From: Candidatus Methylomirabilis oxygeniifera
GTDB lineage: Bacteria; Methylomirabilota; Methylomirabilia; Methylomirabilales; Methylomirabilaceae
Reading direction: 5' to 3'
DNA length: 32,000 bases
Assembly (NCBI GenBank): GCA_000091165.1
Contig: FP565575.1
Span: forward strand, 90,001-122,000
Made by a program: the position numbers and the translations under genes. Positions 22,338-30,803 of the stretch are shown piece after piece. The notes below the pieces were generated by a model. That model did no database searches, was not told where the DNA came from, and was given only the letters and a program-made list of their open reading frames with translations. Position 1 is the stretch's first letter. The number at the start of each line of letters is the position of its first letter.

Positions 22338-23297
22338 ATGAAGAAGACGGCGCTGTGTGTTGTCGTGTTCGCTTATCTGGTTACGCGAGGAGCTTCGGCA
22401 TCGGCCGAGTCTCGGGCGTATGTGACCAACGAAGCGTCCAACGATCTGTCCGTCATCGATACTGCCTCCCGACGGGTGGTCGCCACCATCAAGGTTGGGG
22501 ATCGACCTCGAGGCGTAGCCGTGTCCCCGGATGGCAGCCGCGTCTATATCGCGAACGCGAACTCCAACAACCTGACGGTCATCGATACGGCTACCCTCAC
22601 GGTGAAGGCGACGGTTCCGGCTGGGATCGAACCGGAGGGCGATCCGGAAGGGATCGCCGTGACCCCGGATGGAAAGCAACTCTACGTCGTCAACGAAAAT
22701 CCCGGCACCGTCTCCGTGATCGATACGGCCACCCATCAGCTCGTTGCGACAGTAACGGTAGGGGTGGAGCCGGAAACGGTTGCCGTGAGTCCCGATGGGC
22801 GATGGGTCTACGTCACCAATGAAACCTCCCACGATGTCCACGTCATCGACACTTCCGCCGATCGTGTCATCGCCAAGATCAAGGTGGGCGCCAACCCCCG
22901 TGGGGTGAGTTTTACGCCCGATGGGAAGCGGGCCTATGTGGGATGCGAGCGCGACGGGACGGTCTCCGTGATCGACACGGCTGCCCGCCGGGTGATCGCC
23001 ACCATCCCGGTAGGGGAGCGTCCGGTGGGGACGGTCGTGAGCCACGACGGGAAAAAGGTCTATGTGGCCCACGGTCGGTCGTATGAGGTGTGGGTCCTGG
23101 ATACGAGGACCCATCAGGTGCTGACCAAGATCCCGACGCAGGAGCGGTCATGGTGGGTCGCGTTGACCCCGGATGGAAGGGAGCTGTACGTCACGGTCCA
23201 CGGTGGCGGCCGCGTGGCGGTCATCGACACCACTCACGACCGGCTGCTTACAACCATACCGGCAGGGACGAAGCCCTGGGGCGTGGCGGTCAGGTAA
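22338..23297 (+). CDS. Secreted seven-bladed YVTN beta-propeller protein, paralogue 2
   Basis: ATG lies 5 nt after the xoxG stop. Signal peptide MKKTALCVVVFAYLVTRGASASA. Repeats include YVTNEASNDLSVIDTASRRVVATIKVGDRPRGVAVSPDGSRVYIAN and similar. Confidence 0.8.
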   Translation: MKKTALCVVVFAYLVTRGASASAESRAYVTNEASNDLSVIDTASRRVVATIKVGDRPRGVAVSPDGSRVYIANANSNNLTVIDTATLTVKATVPAGIEPEGDPEGIAVTPDGKQLYVVNENPGTVSVIDTATHQLVATVTVGVEPETVAVSPDGRWVYVTNETSHDVHVIDTSADRVIAKIKVGANPRGVSFTPDGKRAYVGCERDGTVSVIDTAARRVIATIPVGERPVGTVVSHDGKKVYVAHGRSYEVWVLDTRTHQVLTKIPTQERSWWVALTPDGRELYVTVHGGGRVAVIDTTHDRLLTTIPAGTKPWGVAVR

Positions 23298-23328
23298 ACC
23301 ACCGGTCCGCATGTATGGAGGGTGCACA

Positions 23329-25674
23329 ATGAGAGTGAGGGTGCTCTGGTACGTGGCGATAGGGTTGATCTGGCTCGTGGCTGGGATGATGCCGCGCGCG
23401 TGGGCGGAAACGGATCAGTCGGAACCGGGGGAAAGTCCCCTCAAGGCCTTTGAGCTCCCGGCGGTGGAGGTGATCGAGCATACCCCTCTGTCGGCTCTCG
23501 GTATTCCCATCGGGAAATACCCGGGGAACGTGCAGGAGATCACGTCTGAGGAGATCGAGAGTCAGAACCCGCTTGATATCTCGGAAATGTTCTACCGGAA
23601 CCTCAGCTCGGTCAATATCAATGCTGCTCAGAACAACCCTTGGCAGAATGATGTGACCTACCGTGGTTTTCTCGCCTCGCCCCTGACCGGCAGCCCCATC
23701 GGGCTGTCCGTGTATCTGGACGGCATGCGCTTCAACGACGGATTCGGGGAAACGATGAACTGGGACCTGACTCCCCAGTCCGCCATCGCGGAAATCGACG
23801 TGATTCCCGGTTCCAACCCTGTCTTCGGTTTGAATACTCTCGGTGGCGCGCTTAACATCCGCACCAAGCGCGGCTTCGATTTGCAGGGTACGGAAGTCGA
23901 AGCGTCTGGAGGATCCTTCGGACGCTGGGCTGTGGAGGCGGAGCACGGCGCTGTGCACGGTCCGTTTGACTTGTATCTGACATTCAACACCCTGGACGAA
24001 AGCGGCTGGCGCGAGCACTCGCCGAGTGAGTTGCGACAATTATTCAGTAGAATCGGGTGGAAAACGGAGCGCACTGACCTCAACCTCAACTACATCTGGG
24101 CCGACAACGATCTCATCGGCAACGGCTTCGTCCCGGAGAGTACACTGGCGAGAGACCGTGATGCCGTCCATACCTTCCCTGATCGGACCGGGAATCGTAT
24201 GCACCTGCTCAACCTGCGCGGGAGTCGTCGGATCACGGATGCCCTGCTGCTCTCTGGGAACGGGTTCTATCGCTACTACAAGCGTAAGACCCTGAATGGG
24301 GATGCCGAGGTCGGCTGTGTGGATGACGCCACCGGGGCGGGGGTCGTCGACGCCGGCGGCCGTCCGCTGCACCTTGGGCTGTGCGAGGGTTCGGCCGTCG
24401 GATTCTTTGATGAGGATGGCAATCCGCTGGCCGGAGCACTGGAGCGCGAAGCCGAGGGTGAGGACCGGACGACGAGAACCCGCACCCATGACTTTGGCGG
24501 AACGTTCCAACTCTCGCATAGCGGCGCCATCATGGGCCGTACCAACCGGCTGACGGTTGGATTTGCCTTCGATCGCCACCAAAGCCATTATAACCAGCGC
24601 GAGGCCGAATCCGAGCTGGTGCCGGACGGCAACAGTGTGGGCACGGAACGCGAGGGACCCTTCGAGACGGAGGTCAACGTCGGCACCCGGCAGGATAATG
24701 CCGGTTTCTATATTACCAACACCTTCGATCTCGCCGAGCGTCTGGCGCTGACGTTGTCCGGGCGGTATCAGCATGTGGACATCAACATACGCGACCGGTC
24801 TGGCGAGAACGACGATCTTAACGGCCACCATACATTCGAGCGCTTCAGTCCTGCCGTAGGATTGACGTTTCAAGCGCTGAAGAACGCCACGCTCTTCTTC
24901 TCCTATAGCGAGGGCTTTCGCGCCCCCACTCCGGCGGAACTGACGTGCGCCGATGAGAACGATCCGTGCAATCTGCCGAATGCGTTTGTCGCCGATCCGC
25001 CGCTCAACAAGGTCGTCGCCCGCACGTACGAGTTCGGCGCGCGCGGCCGTCTGCCGATCGGAAATGGGGTGCGGTGGAACGCCGGCTTCTTCCGCACCGA
25101 CTTAAGCAACGACATCCTGTTTACCGTCGTTGAAACCGGCGGGGCCGGCTTTTTCCAGAATGTTGACGCGACGCGCCGCCAGGGCGTCGAGGTCGGTGTA
25201 CAGGGTCGGTGGAAGCGATTGAAATACTTTGGAAACTACGCGTACGTTGATGCCACCTACCAGTCCGACGTGACGCTTGCGAGCGTGACGGACCCCGGCG
25301 GCGTGCGGGTCAAGGATGGCGATGTGATTCCCGGCATCCCAAAGCACAATGCCAAGGTTGGGGCAGAGTATGCCCTGCTGGACAATCTCTGGATCGGCGG
25401 CAACGTGATCGCCGTGTCCGGCAACTATCTCCGCGGCGACGACGGCAACAACCAAAGCAAGACGGATGCCTACGCGATACTGAATCTTCACGCCCGCTAC
25501 GTGCCGATCAAGAACCTGGAGATCTGGACGCGCATCGACAACGTGACCGATACCGACTACGAGACGGCAGGCACGCTCAATTTTAATGCCTTCGGCAGCC
25601 CCATCGCCGTTGAGCGATTCGTCGCCCCGGGATCGCCCGTTGCCGGCTGGGTCGGTGTCAAGTTACGCTTCTGA
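23329..25674 (+). CDS. TonB-dependent outer-membrane receptor (full length), last gene of the xoxF operon
   Basis: GGAGGG SD, ATG 31 nt after the YVTN stop. Signal peptide ...MMPRAWA-ET, TonB-box-like ELPAVEVIE, plug domain (VQEITSEEIESQNPLDISEMF...TYRGF). A long beta-barrel ends in VGVKLRF*. Confidence 0.9.
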   Translation: MRVRVLWYVAIGLIWLVAGMMPRAWAETDQSEPGESPLKAFELPAVEVIEHTPLSALGIPIGKYPGNVQEITSEEIESQNPLDISEMFYRNLSSVNINAAQNNPWQNDVTYRGFLASPLTGSPIGLSVYLDGMRFNDGFGETMNWDLTPQSAIAEIDVIPGSNPVFGLNTLGGALNIRTKRGFDLQGTEVEASGGSFGRWAVEAEHGAVHGPFDLYLTFNTLDESGWREHSPSELRQLFSRIGWKTERTDLNLNYIWADNDLIGNGFVPESTLARDRDAVHTFPDRTGNRMHLLNLRGSRRITDALLLSGNGFYRYYKRKTLNGDAEVGCVDDATGAGVVDAGGRPLHLGLCEGSAVGFFDEDGNPLAGALEREAEGEDRTTRTRTHDFGGTFQLSHSGAIMGRTNRLTVGFAFDRHQSHYNQREAESELVPDGNSVGTEREGPFETEVNVGTRQDNAGFYITNTFDLAERLALTLSGRYQHVDINIRDRSGENDDLNGHHTFERFSPAVGLTFQALKNATLFFSYSEGFRAPTPAELTCADENDPCNLPNAFVADPPLNKVVARTYEFGARGRLPIGNGVRWNAGFFRTDLSNDILFTVVETGGAGFFQNVDATRRQGVEVGVQGRWKRLKYFGNYAYVDATYQSDVTLASVTDPGGVRVKDGDVIPGIPKHNAKVGAEYALLDNLWIGGNVIAVSGNYLRGDDGNNQSKTDAYAILNLHARYVPIKNLEIWTRIDNVTDTDYETAGTLNFNAFGSPIAVERFVAPGSPVAGWVGVKLRF

Positions 25675-25688
25675 CGCCTGACATTCCA

Positions 25689-25844
25689 TCGATCGCGGAT
25701 GGGGTCCTGCCGCGTGCTGCGGAACTCGTGGATAGTTCGAATCGCCGTTCTCCTCCGGTCCAAGGCTTCCCTGCGTAGAACGGCGATGTTGTATGGTGCG
25801 CTCAGACAGGTCCTCGCACACTCCAGGACCCCATCCGCGATCGA
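25689..25844. repeat. 156-bp element with 21-bp perfect terminal inverted repeats and a nested 11-bp inverted repeat (MITE-like or large RNA hairpin)
   Basis: TCGATCGCGGATGGGGTCCTG (25689-25709) is the exact reverse complement of CAGGACCCCATCCGCGATCGA (25824-25844). The inner pair is ATCGCCGTTCT (25741-25751) and AGAACGGCGAT (25777-25787). It starts 15 nt after the receptor stop. Confidence 0.55.
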
Positions 25845-25871
25845 GCAATGACGATACTTGGGGGCTTATAG

Positions 25872-25931
25872 CAATTCGTCAATCCCACCCAGCCGATCAA
25901 TGTTCCGGTCGGTGCCGGTTACCGATTCTAA
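25872..25931 (+). pseudogene. 20-codon 3' remnant of a TonB-dependent receptor gene
   Basis: QFVNPTQPINVPVGAGYRF* compares with the end of the receptor at 1-372 (RFLNPAQPINVLVGASYRF*). The DNA of 25878-25931 matches 319-372 at roughly 43 of 54 positions by hand count. An in-frame stop lies immediately upstream at 25869-25871. Confidence 0.55.
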
Positions 25932-25998
25932 GATTACTGAGGCATGCTTAAGGAAAAAACTCTTCTCTTGTTTTGGGCGTATCCGTTATAATTAGTGC

Positions 25999-26976
25999 AT
26001 GACTCCAAAGGATGCCTTTACGCTTGGACGTCAAGGAGGCCATGCCGAGGTCGACCGGGTCCACGATGAGGTCCATTCTGTCATGACATTGCGGGTTGGA
26101 TCGCAGGCCGGACCGCGTTCGCTGGGCCGATTTCTTCTAAGCTCTACCGGTTTTCACCTGATCTTCGCTTGGATTATCATCAGCGTTGGACTGCCCAAGG
26201 TCCCATCGGCTCCGAAGCCTCTTGTTGTCACCATTATTGGAAGTGACAGCGCTGAGGCGCCTGCCGCGTCGGGACGACCTGATCGCACCCACACTCGACA
26301 GCCGGCCGCGCCGGGGCCGGCGACGCAAGCCGTCAATTCGAAAGTGACAGCCCAACCTCGCGTCTCACCACCGTCGCCTGATCTCACGGCTCAGGCGACG
26401 GAATCAACGGCGTCGGATGATCGGGTTGCCGAGCCTAAGGCTGTCGGCGTGTCTGCCGGTGGATCACATGCGGCGAGCATGGGCGCAGCAACGGCTTTAG
26501 CGATGGGTGGCGCGTCGAAGGGACCTGTTCTGCTCGGGTCTGACGGAGATGGCGAAGTCGGCTCAGGCCCGGCCGGTCGAGGCGGAGCGGGCCGCCTTGA
26601 TACGGCGTTGATTGCACCGTCGACACCATCGGTCACGGTCGGCTCCGCTCAGGGCGCGGGAGGGGGCGGAACGGGCTGGTCAAGCAATGGAGGCGCCGGA
26701 GGGCGGTCATCTGCGCCGAACTACGGAATCAATCCGCTTCCCAAGTACCCTCTCTTGGCCCGGGAAAAAGGGTACGAAGGAACGGTCTACCTGCGGGTTC
26801 TGGTCCGCGCGGATGGTCGTGTAGAGCGGCTGGCTGTCGATCGATCCTCCGGATATGAGATCCTGGACCGAGCGGCGGTAGACTCGGTCAAAGAGTGGGC
26901 GTTCTTTCCTGCCAAAAAGGGTGGGAAGTCGGTACAAAGCTGGGTGTTGCTACCGGTAAAGTTTGCGCTTAACTGA
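25999..26976 (+). CDS. tonB: TonB-family energy transducer
   Basis: N-terminal TM FHLIFAWIIISVGL, then a long Pro/Ala/Gly-rich spacer. C-terminal TonB_C-like domain: PKYPLLAREKGYEGTVYLRVLVRADGRVERLAVDRSSGYEILDRAAVDSVKEWAFFPAKKGG. Start is uncertain (ATG 25999 or ATG 26083). No exbBD in the window. Confidence 0.8.
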   Translation: MTPKDAFTLGRQGGHAEVDRVHDEVHSVMTLRVGSQAGPRSLGRFLLSSTGFHLIFAWIIISVGLPKVPSAPKPLVVTIIGSDSAEAPAASGRPDRTHTRQPAAPGPATQAVNSKVTAQPRVSPPSPDLTAQATESTASDDRVAEPKAVGVSAGGSHAASMGAATALAMGGASKGPVLLGSDGDGEVGSGPAGRGGAGRLDTALIAPSTPSVTVGSAQGAGGGGTGWSSNGGAGGRSSAPNYGINPLPKYPLLAREKGYEGTVYLRVLVRADGRVERLAVDRSSGYEILDRAAVDSVKEWAFFPAKKGGKSVQSWVLLPVKFALN

Positions 26977-27071
26977 GGCGGGAAGCCATCAGCCTTCAGC
27001 GGTCAGCTCTTTTGATCTGGCCCCTGCTTTGTCTAAGACTGACTGCTGATTACTTTTTTCTGAGGTAGAGT

Positions 27072-28307
27072 GTGACCGCTTTTTCGCAGACCTCGAGATC
27101 GCTCTCCACAATTGTAGTCCTTCTTTTCATCGTCTCTTTGCTCAACCTATTCGTTTCTCCTGCATGGGGGGGTAAGCCGGTCAGTAAGCCGTTCTATGAC
27201 GAAAACGGACAGGTTATCCGGGAAGAGGTCGATAGCACCGGTTCAGGGCGGATCGATACATGGGTCACCTATCAGGATGGCGTCCCGATTCTGCAGGCCC
27301 TGGACACGAATAAGGACAGTAAACCTGATACCTGGCACCACCTGTCTGCAGATCGTCGGGTAGAGAGGACGGAAAAAGACGGCGACGGCGATGGCAAGTC
27401 CGATATCTGGATTAGATACCACCAGGGAAGTCCTATCAAGGCGGAACAGGATCTGAATATTGATGGGCGAGCCGATCGGTTCATCTTCTACGAAAAGGGG
27501 AAGGCGGTCCGGGCTGAGGAATCGCTGAAACGTAATGGAAAGATCACCCTGTGGTCGTTTTATGACGATGCCGGCGTGCTCGTCCGGGATGAGGAGGACG
27601 CAAAAGGAGTCGGTCGGCCGACGCTTTTTTCGTATTATCAGGAGGGGAAGCTCTCGAGGCGCGAAGAGGACACGAAAGGATCAGGACGGATCGACCGCTG
27701 GTCGTATTACGATAAGGATGAGCGTCTGATGAAGCGTGAGGCCGCTCGAAAAGGATCGGGACGGCCGGACACGTGGGCCTACTATGAGAACGGACAGATC
27801 GTCAAGCAAGAGGAAGATACGCTGGGCCAAGGTCGGCCGAACGTCGCCTACTTCTTCCAGGCAGGCGCTCTGTTCCGGCGAGAAGAGGATACGCAGGGGA
27901 CCGGCCGCCCGGACCTGATCGACTGGTACGAGAACGACAAGCCGGTCAAACGGCAGCAGGATACCAGACGGCAGGGGAAGATAGATCTGGTGACCCACCT
28001 TCTGAATGGAGCTATCCAACGACAAGAGGTTGATACCAAATACGAGGGACGGTACGACCTGGTTCGCTTCTTTGAGAATGGGCGCCTTGCCAGAGAAGAG
28101 TACGACACCAACGCAGACGGCCGGTCGGACGTCTGGGTTGCCTACAATGAGGCCGGCGAAAAGGTATTTCAGGAAGAGGATACCGATTACACCGGCCGAG
28201 CTCAAGTGCGGTTTCGTTTTACCGGGGGAAAAGTTGTGAAGAAGGAAGTGGTACGCGAAGAGCGAGCGGACGGCCCACCGCGCCTGCTGATACCCAAGAT
28301 CCCATAA
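27072..28307 (+). CDS. Secreted tandem-repeat protein: ~14 x 24-residue units with acidic D-x-x-G-x-G-R-x-D loops (MORN-variant-like beta-hairpin repeats)
   Basis: GTG start with GAGG 5 nt upstream. Signal peptide ...LNLFVSPAWG-G. Repeat array ~27231-28250 with consensus EEDT.G.GRPD.W.YYENG..... Examples: EEDTKGSGRIDRWSYYDKDERLMKR, EAARKGSGRPDTWAYYENGQIVKQ, EEDTQGTGRPDLIDWYENDKPVKR, EKDGDGDGKSDIWIRYHQGSPIKA. Confidence 0.75.
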   Translation: MTAFSQTSRSLSTIVVLLFIVSLLNLFVSPAWGGKPVSKPFYDENGQVIREEVDSTGSGRIDTWVTYQDGVPILQALDTNKDSKPDTWHHLSADRRVERTEKDGDGDGKSDIWIRYHQGSPIKAEQDLNIDGRADRFIFYEKGKAVRAEESLKRNGKITLWSFYDDAGVLVRDEEDAKGVGRPTLFSYYQEGKLSRREEDTKGSGRIDRWSYYDKDERLMKREAARKGSGRPDTWAYYENGQIVKQEEDTLGQGRPNVAYFFQAGALFRREEDTQGTGRPDLIDWYENDKPVKRQQDTRRQGKIDLVTHLLNGAIQRQEVDTKYEGRYDLVRFFENGRLAREEYDTNADGRSDVWVAYNEAGEKVFQEEDTDYTGRAQVRFRFTGGKVVKKEVVREERADGPPRLLIPKIP

Positions 28308-28350
28308 TGCTCCGCTTCACAAAACAGCGCGCATTCGATGGAAAAATTGC

Positions 28351-28380
28351 TTGACAGGTCGCGAGCGAGTAAGCTATATC
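28351..28380 (+). promoter_or_regulatory. Putative sigma-70 promoter for the FG-GAP protein gene
   Basis: TTGACA (28351-28356), 18 nt, TATATC (28375-28380). This makes the ORF-track TTG start at 28351 implausible. Confidence 0.45.
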
Positions 28381-28488
28381 TCCACCGCATTAAACGGCGT
28401 CTCTACGCGGGTCGACTCACCGGAGCGCGAGAGACGCGCATGGCCTCTCCCAGTTACTCGTGAGTTGGCGCCGATTGCGTTTAAGGGT

Positions 28489-30582
28489 ATGAAGGGTTCC
28501 ACTCATTGTGTCACGAATACAAAAATGGGAAGAGTCGCCCCTTCCTGTGGCTCGCGCGGGTTGGCCGCTTTTTCTCTTGCTGTCGCTCTTTGCATTCCTC
28601 TGATTGCTTCTCAAGCCCGCGCTCTGGAACCGGCCTTTGGCCAAGCCGCTGAGGAGGCCGCCGCTAAGCTGGCCGAAGCCTTCCCGACCGTTCAAGGATC
28701 GGTGACCGGAGTCGAGAGGGATCGGATCCTGATCGACTTGGGCGCCAAACAGGTGTATCAGGGGATGGAATTACAGGTCTACCGAGAAGGAGATGAGGTT
28801 AAACATCCGGTGACCGGCGAAGTTCTTGGAAGGCGAGATAAAAGGCTGGGTCTCCTCAGGGTCGTTGAGGTGAAAGAGAGGTTCTCGGAGGCCGCCATTG
28901 TCTCCAGAGAGGAAGGGGCCACCATGAGGGCCAAGGACCTAGTTCGGGTCAGTTCGGACCGGCTGGTGGTTGGCCTCCCTCTTATCGATGCCGGCGGAGT
29001 GAAGGAAGCGAATGTCCATTCGGTCACGAAAGATCTGGCTATTGCGCTAGCCAAGACGGGCCACTTTATGGTGATTGAGGATCCTCTCCTTAAGGCAGCC
29101 CTGACCGGGGAGCATACGTCGCGCATGGAATCGCTTGGCGATCCTTCAACGCTAAAGCTACTGTCAGAGAAGACGCACGTTCAGTTTCTCATCCTCGGTA
29201 AACTCAGCCCTGGCTCCCAGGGATTGTTTTTAAACATGCAGGTGATATCGGTTTTTACCGGAGCGCCGTTGACTGTTGCAAGCGTCGAGGTGAAGGAGCG
29301 AGGGCCGATGGTCGTGGCCGCCCCATCGCCGTCGTCGAGGCCGGCCCCTCGGTCCGGCTTAGAACCAACCCCCTCCGCCGCGCCGAGACCCTCTTTTATT
29401 CAAACTGAGCGCCAGATCGCAGAGCCTCCAAGGATCGGCGAGCAACCGAAAGGGTCCCGTTCGTTTCCAGGTACGGGTGAGAACGTGACGACGCGTCCTG
29501 CCGAGAAGGCGCAAGAGTCTGTAACATTCGAGTTGTCCGATCCGCTTCTTGCACTGGTAGCGGGAGATCTGGATGGGGATCAGCGGCCTGAGATCGTTGG
29601 GATCACGTCCTCGGAGGTGATCGCCTATCGGTGGCAGAATCAACGATTAGTATCGATTGCCAGAGCCAGCAGCCCTCGGCTTGTTCGTCACCTGCATCTT
29701 GACGTCGGAGACGTGAACGGACGCGGTCACGTCCAGATTGTCGTGACGGCCCTATCCGGTGGGCGAAACGAGCTTCAGTCGTTTATTCTGGAACTTCAAG
29801 GGGGCCGGCTCGTTCGGGTCGCCGAGAAGTTGGGCTATTTTCTTCGTGTAGTGATGGGTCCCGGCATTGAGACGCCAATCCTGGCCGGGCAGCGGATGGG
29901 AGAACTCACTGCATTTGAGAGGCCGATCGTTCGGCTGACGTGGAATGGCGAGCGATACGTCGAAGGGCAGCCGCTTACGCTTCCGGCCCAGGTGAAGAAT
30001 CTCTACGAATTTACGCCGATCAAGGCCGTGGGTGACCAGATATCAGAGGTTGCGGTCATCAGTGAGAAGCGAGTGAAGATCTACGGGAGCGAGAGCAAGC
30101 CGTCATGGGAAGCCAAAGATGATCTGGGCGACGTCGATCACCTCGCCTTTTCTCATATTCCCACGTACCGGGCTCTTCTGGCGAAGGAGGGGCTAAATTC
30201 CGGGACCCCGATTACACCAGAAGAGCATGCAGTTGAGCAGATCCTGCCGCGGCGAGTCCTGGTGGAGGCGTCGCCTCAATGGGGCAATGCCACGACAGAG
30301 CTTCTGACCTTTACGAATCCGAAAAAGATTGGGGCGCTTCGGACTGAGTCATCCTTCCCTCCGAGTCAGGTCGTGGCGTTTGACCGTCAGGAAGGAACCT
30401 TCGCGCGAGGGTGGGAGACGATCCCCCTTGAAGGGAGGGTACGCGACGTAGCGTTGGTCGATCTGAACGGCGCCGGCAGGAAAGATCTCATTGTACTATC
30501 GGCGATTAAAGAAAAGGGTCTGATCGCTTATATGCAGGATGGAACGCGTGGCATTATCAGTGTATTTTCCTTCATCCGCTAG
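28489..30582 (+). CDS. Large secreted protein: N-terminal FlgT/LpoB/CsgG-like domains, Pro/Ser linker, C-terminal FG-GAP (integrin-alpha/VCBS-like) beta-propeller repeats
   Basis: Start is uncertain (ATG 28489 or ATG 28525; neither has a good SD). Signal peptide MGRVAPSCGSRGLAAFSLAVALCIPLIASQARA. FG-GAP/Ca-loop-like motifs: LVAGDLDGDQRPEIVGI, HLDVGDVNGRGHVQIVV, VALVDLNGAGRKDLIVL. Confidence 0.75.
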   Translation: MKGSTHCVTNTKMGRVAPSCGSRGLAAFSLAVALCIPLIASQARALEPAFGQAAEEAAAKLAEAFPTVQGSVTGVERDRILIDLGAKQVYQGMELQVYREGDEVKHPVTGEVLGRRDKRLGLLRVVEVKERFSEAAIVSREEGATMRAKDLVRVSSDRLVVGLPLIDAGGVKEANVHSVTKDLAIALAKTGHFMVIEDPLLKAALTGEHTSRMESLGDPSTLKLLSEKTHVQFLILGKLSPGSQGLFLNMQVISVFTGAPLTVASVEVKERGPMVVAAPSPSSRPAPRSGLEPTPSAAPRPSFIQTERQIAEPPRIGEQPKGSRSFPGTGENVTTRPAEKAQESVTFELSDPLLALVAGDLDGDQRPEIVGITSSEVIAYRWQNQRLVSIARASSPRLVRHLHLDVGDVNGRGHVQIVVTALSGGRNELQSFILELQGGRLVRVAEKLGYFLRVVMGPGIETPILAGQRMGELTAFERPIVRLTWNGERYVEGQPLTLPAQVKNLYEFTPIKAVGDQISEVAVISEKRVKIYGSESKPSWEAKDDLGDVDHLAFSHIPTYRALLAKEGLNSGTPITPEEHAVEQILPRRVLVEASPQWGNATTELLTFTNPKKIGALRTESSFPPSQVVAFDRQEGTFARGWETIPLEGRVRDVALVDLNGAGRKDLIVLSAIKEKGLIAYMQDGTRGIISVFSFIR

Positions 30583-30803
30583 GGTGTTGCATTGCAGGGC
30601 GTTGATCGATCTACCCAGTTGGGGAAGAAACAAGCATAAGAAAGGAGGGGTGAAAGACGGAATTGTGTTATGCTCGAATCAGTGCGTGGATGACAATGCC
30701 TGAGGGCCGGTGTACGTGCAGCAGCGGTAATAGAGTGTGATCGAGAAAAGTGCGAGACGATTTCCTGGGTAGCAACAAGACCGAATAAAGAGGGAGGCAT
30801 TCA

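Noticed and set aside
25987-26001. A perfect TATAAT at 25987-25992 only 6 nt before ATG 25999, suggesting a leaderless tonB mRNA.
   Set aside because: No acceptable -35 or extended -10 is present, and an alternative in-frame ATG (26083) has an SD-like GAGG. This cannot be decided from sequence alone, so it is recorded only as start-site uncertainty.
27018-27033. TGGCCC-ctgct-TTGTC upstream of the repeat-protein gene as a sigma-54 promoter.
   Set aside because: The invariant -12 GC is GT here, and there is no conserved upstream block.
28351-28488. ORF-track start (TTG at 28351) giving a 743-aa version of the FG-GAP protein.
   Set aside because: The TTG is the first base of a good -35 hexamer (TTGACA-18-TATATC), so this stretch is more likely promoter and 5' UTR. 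The signal peptide begins only at the Met at 28525.
30581-30700. Possible sigma-54 promoters upstream of xoxF copy 2: AGGGTG-ttgca-TTGCA at 30581-30596 and TGGATGACAATGCC at 30687-30700.
   Set aside because: The first keeps GG/GC spacing and a good -12 but has a poor -24 hexamer and overlaps the upstream stop codon. The second has the wrong GG-GC spacing (10 instead of 12). Neither lies in a block homologous to the other four promoters. At best the first is a weak candidate.
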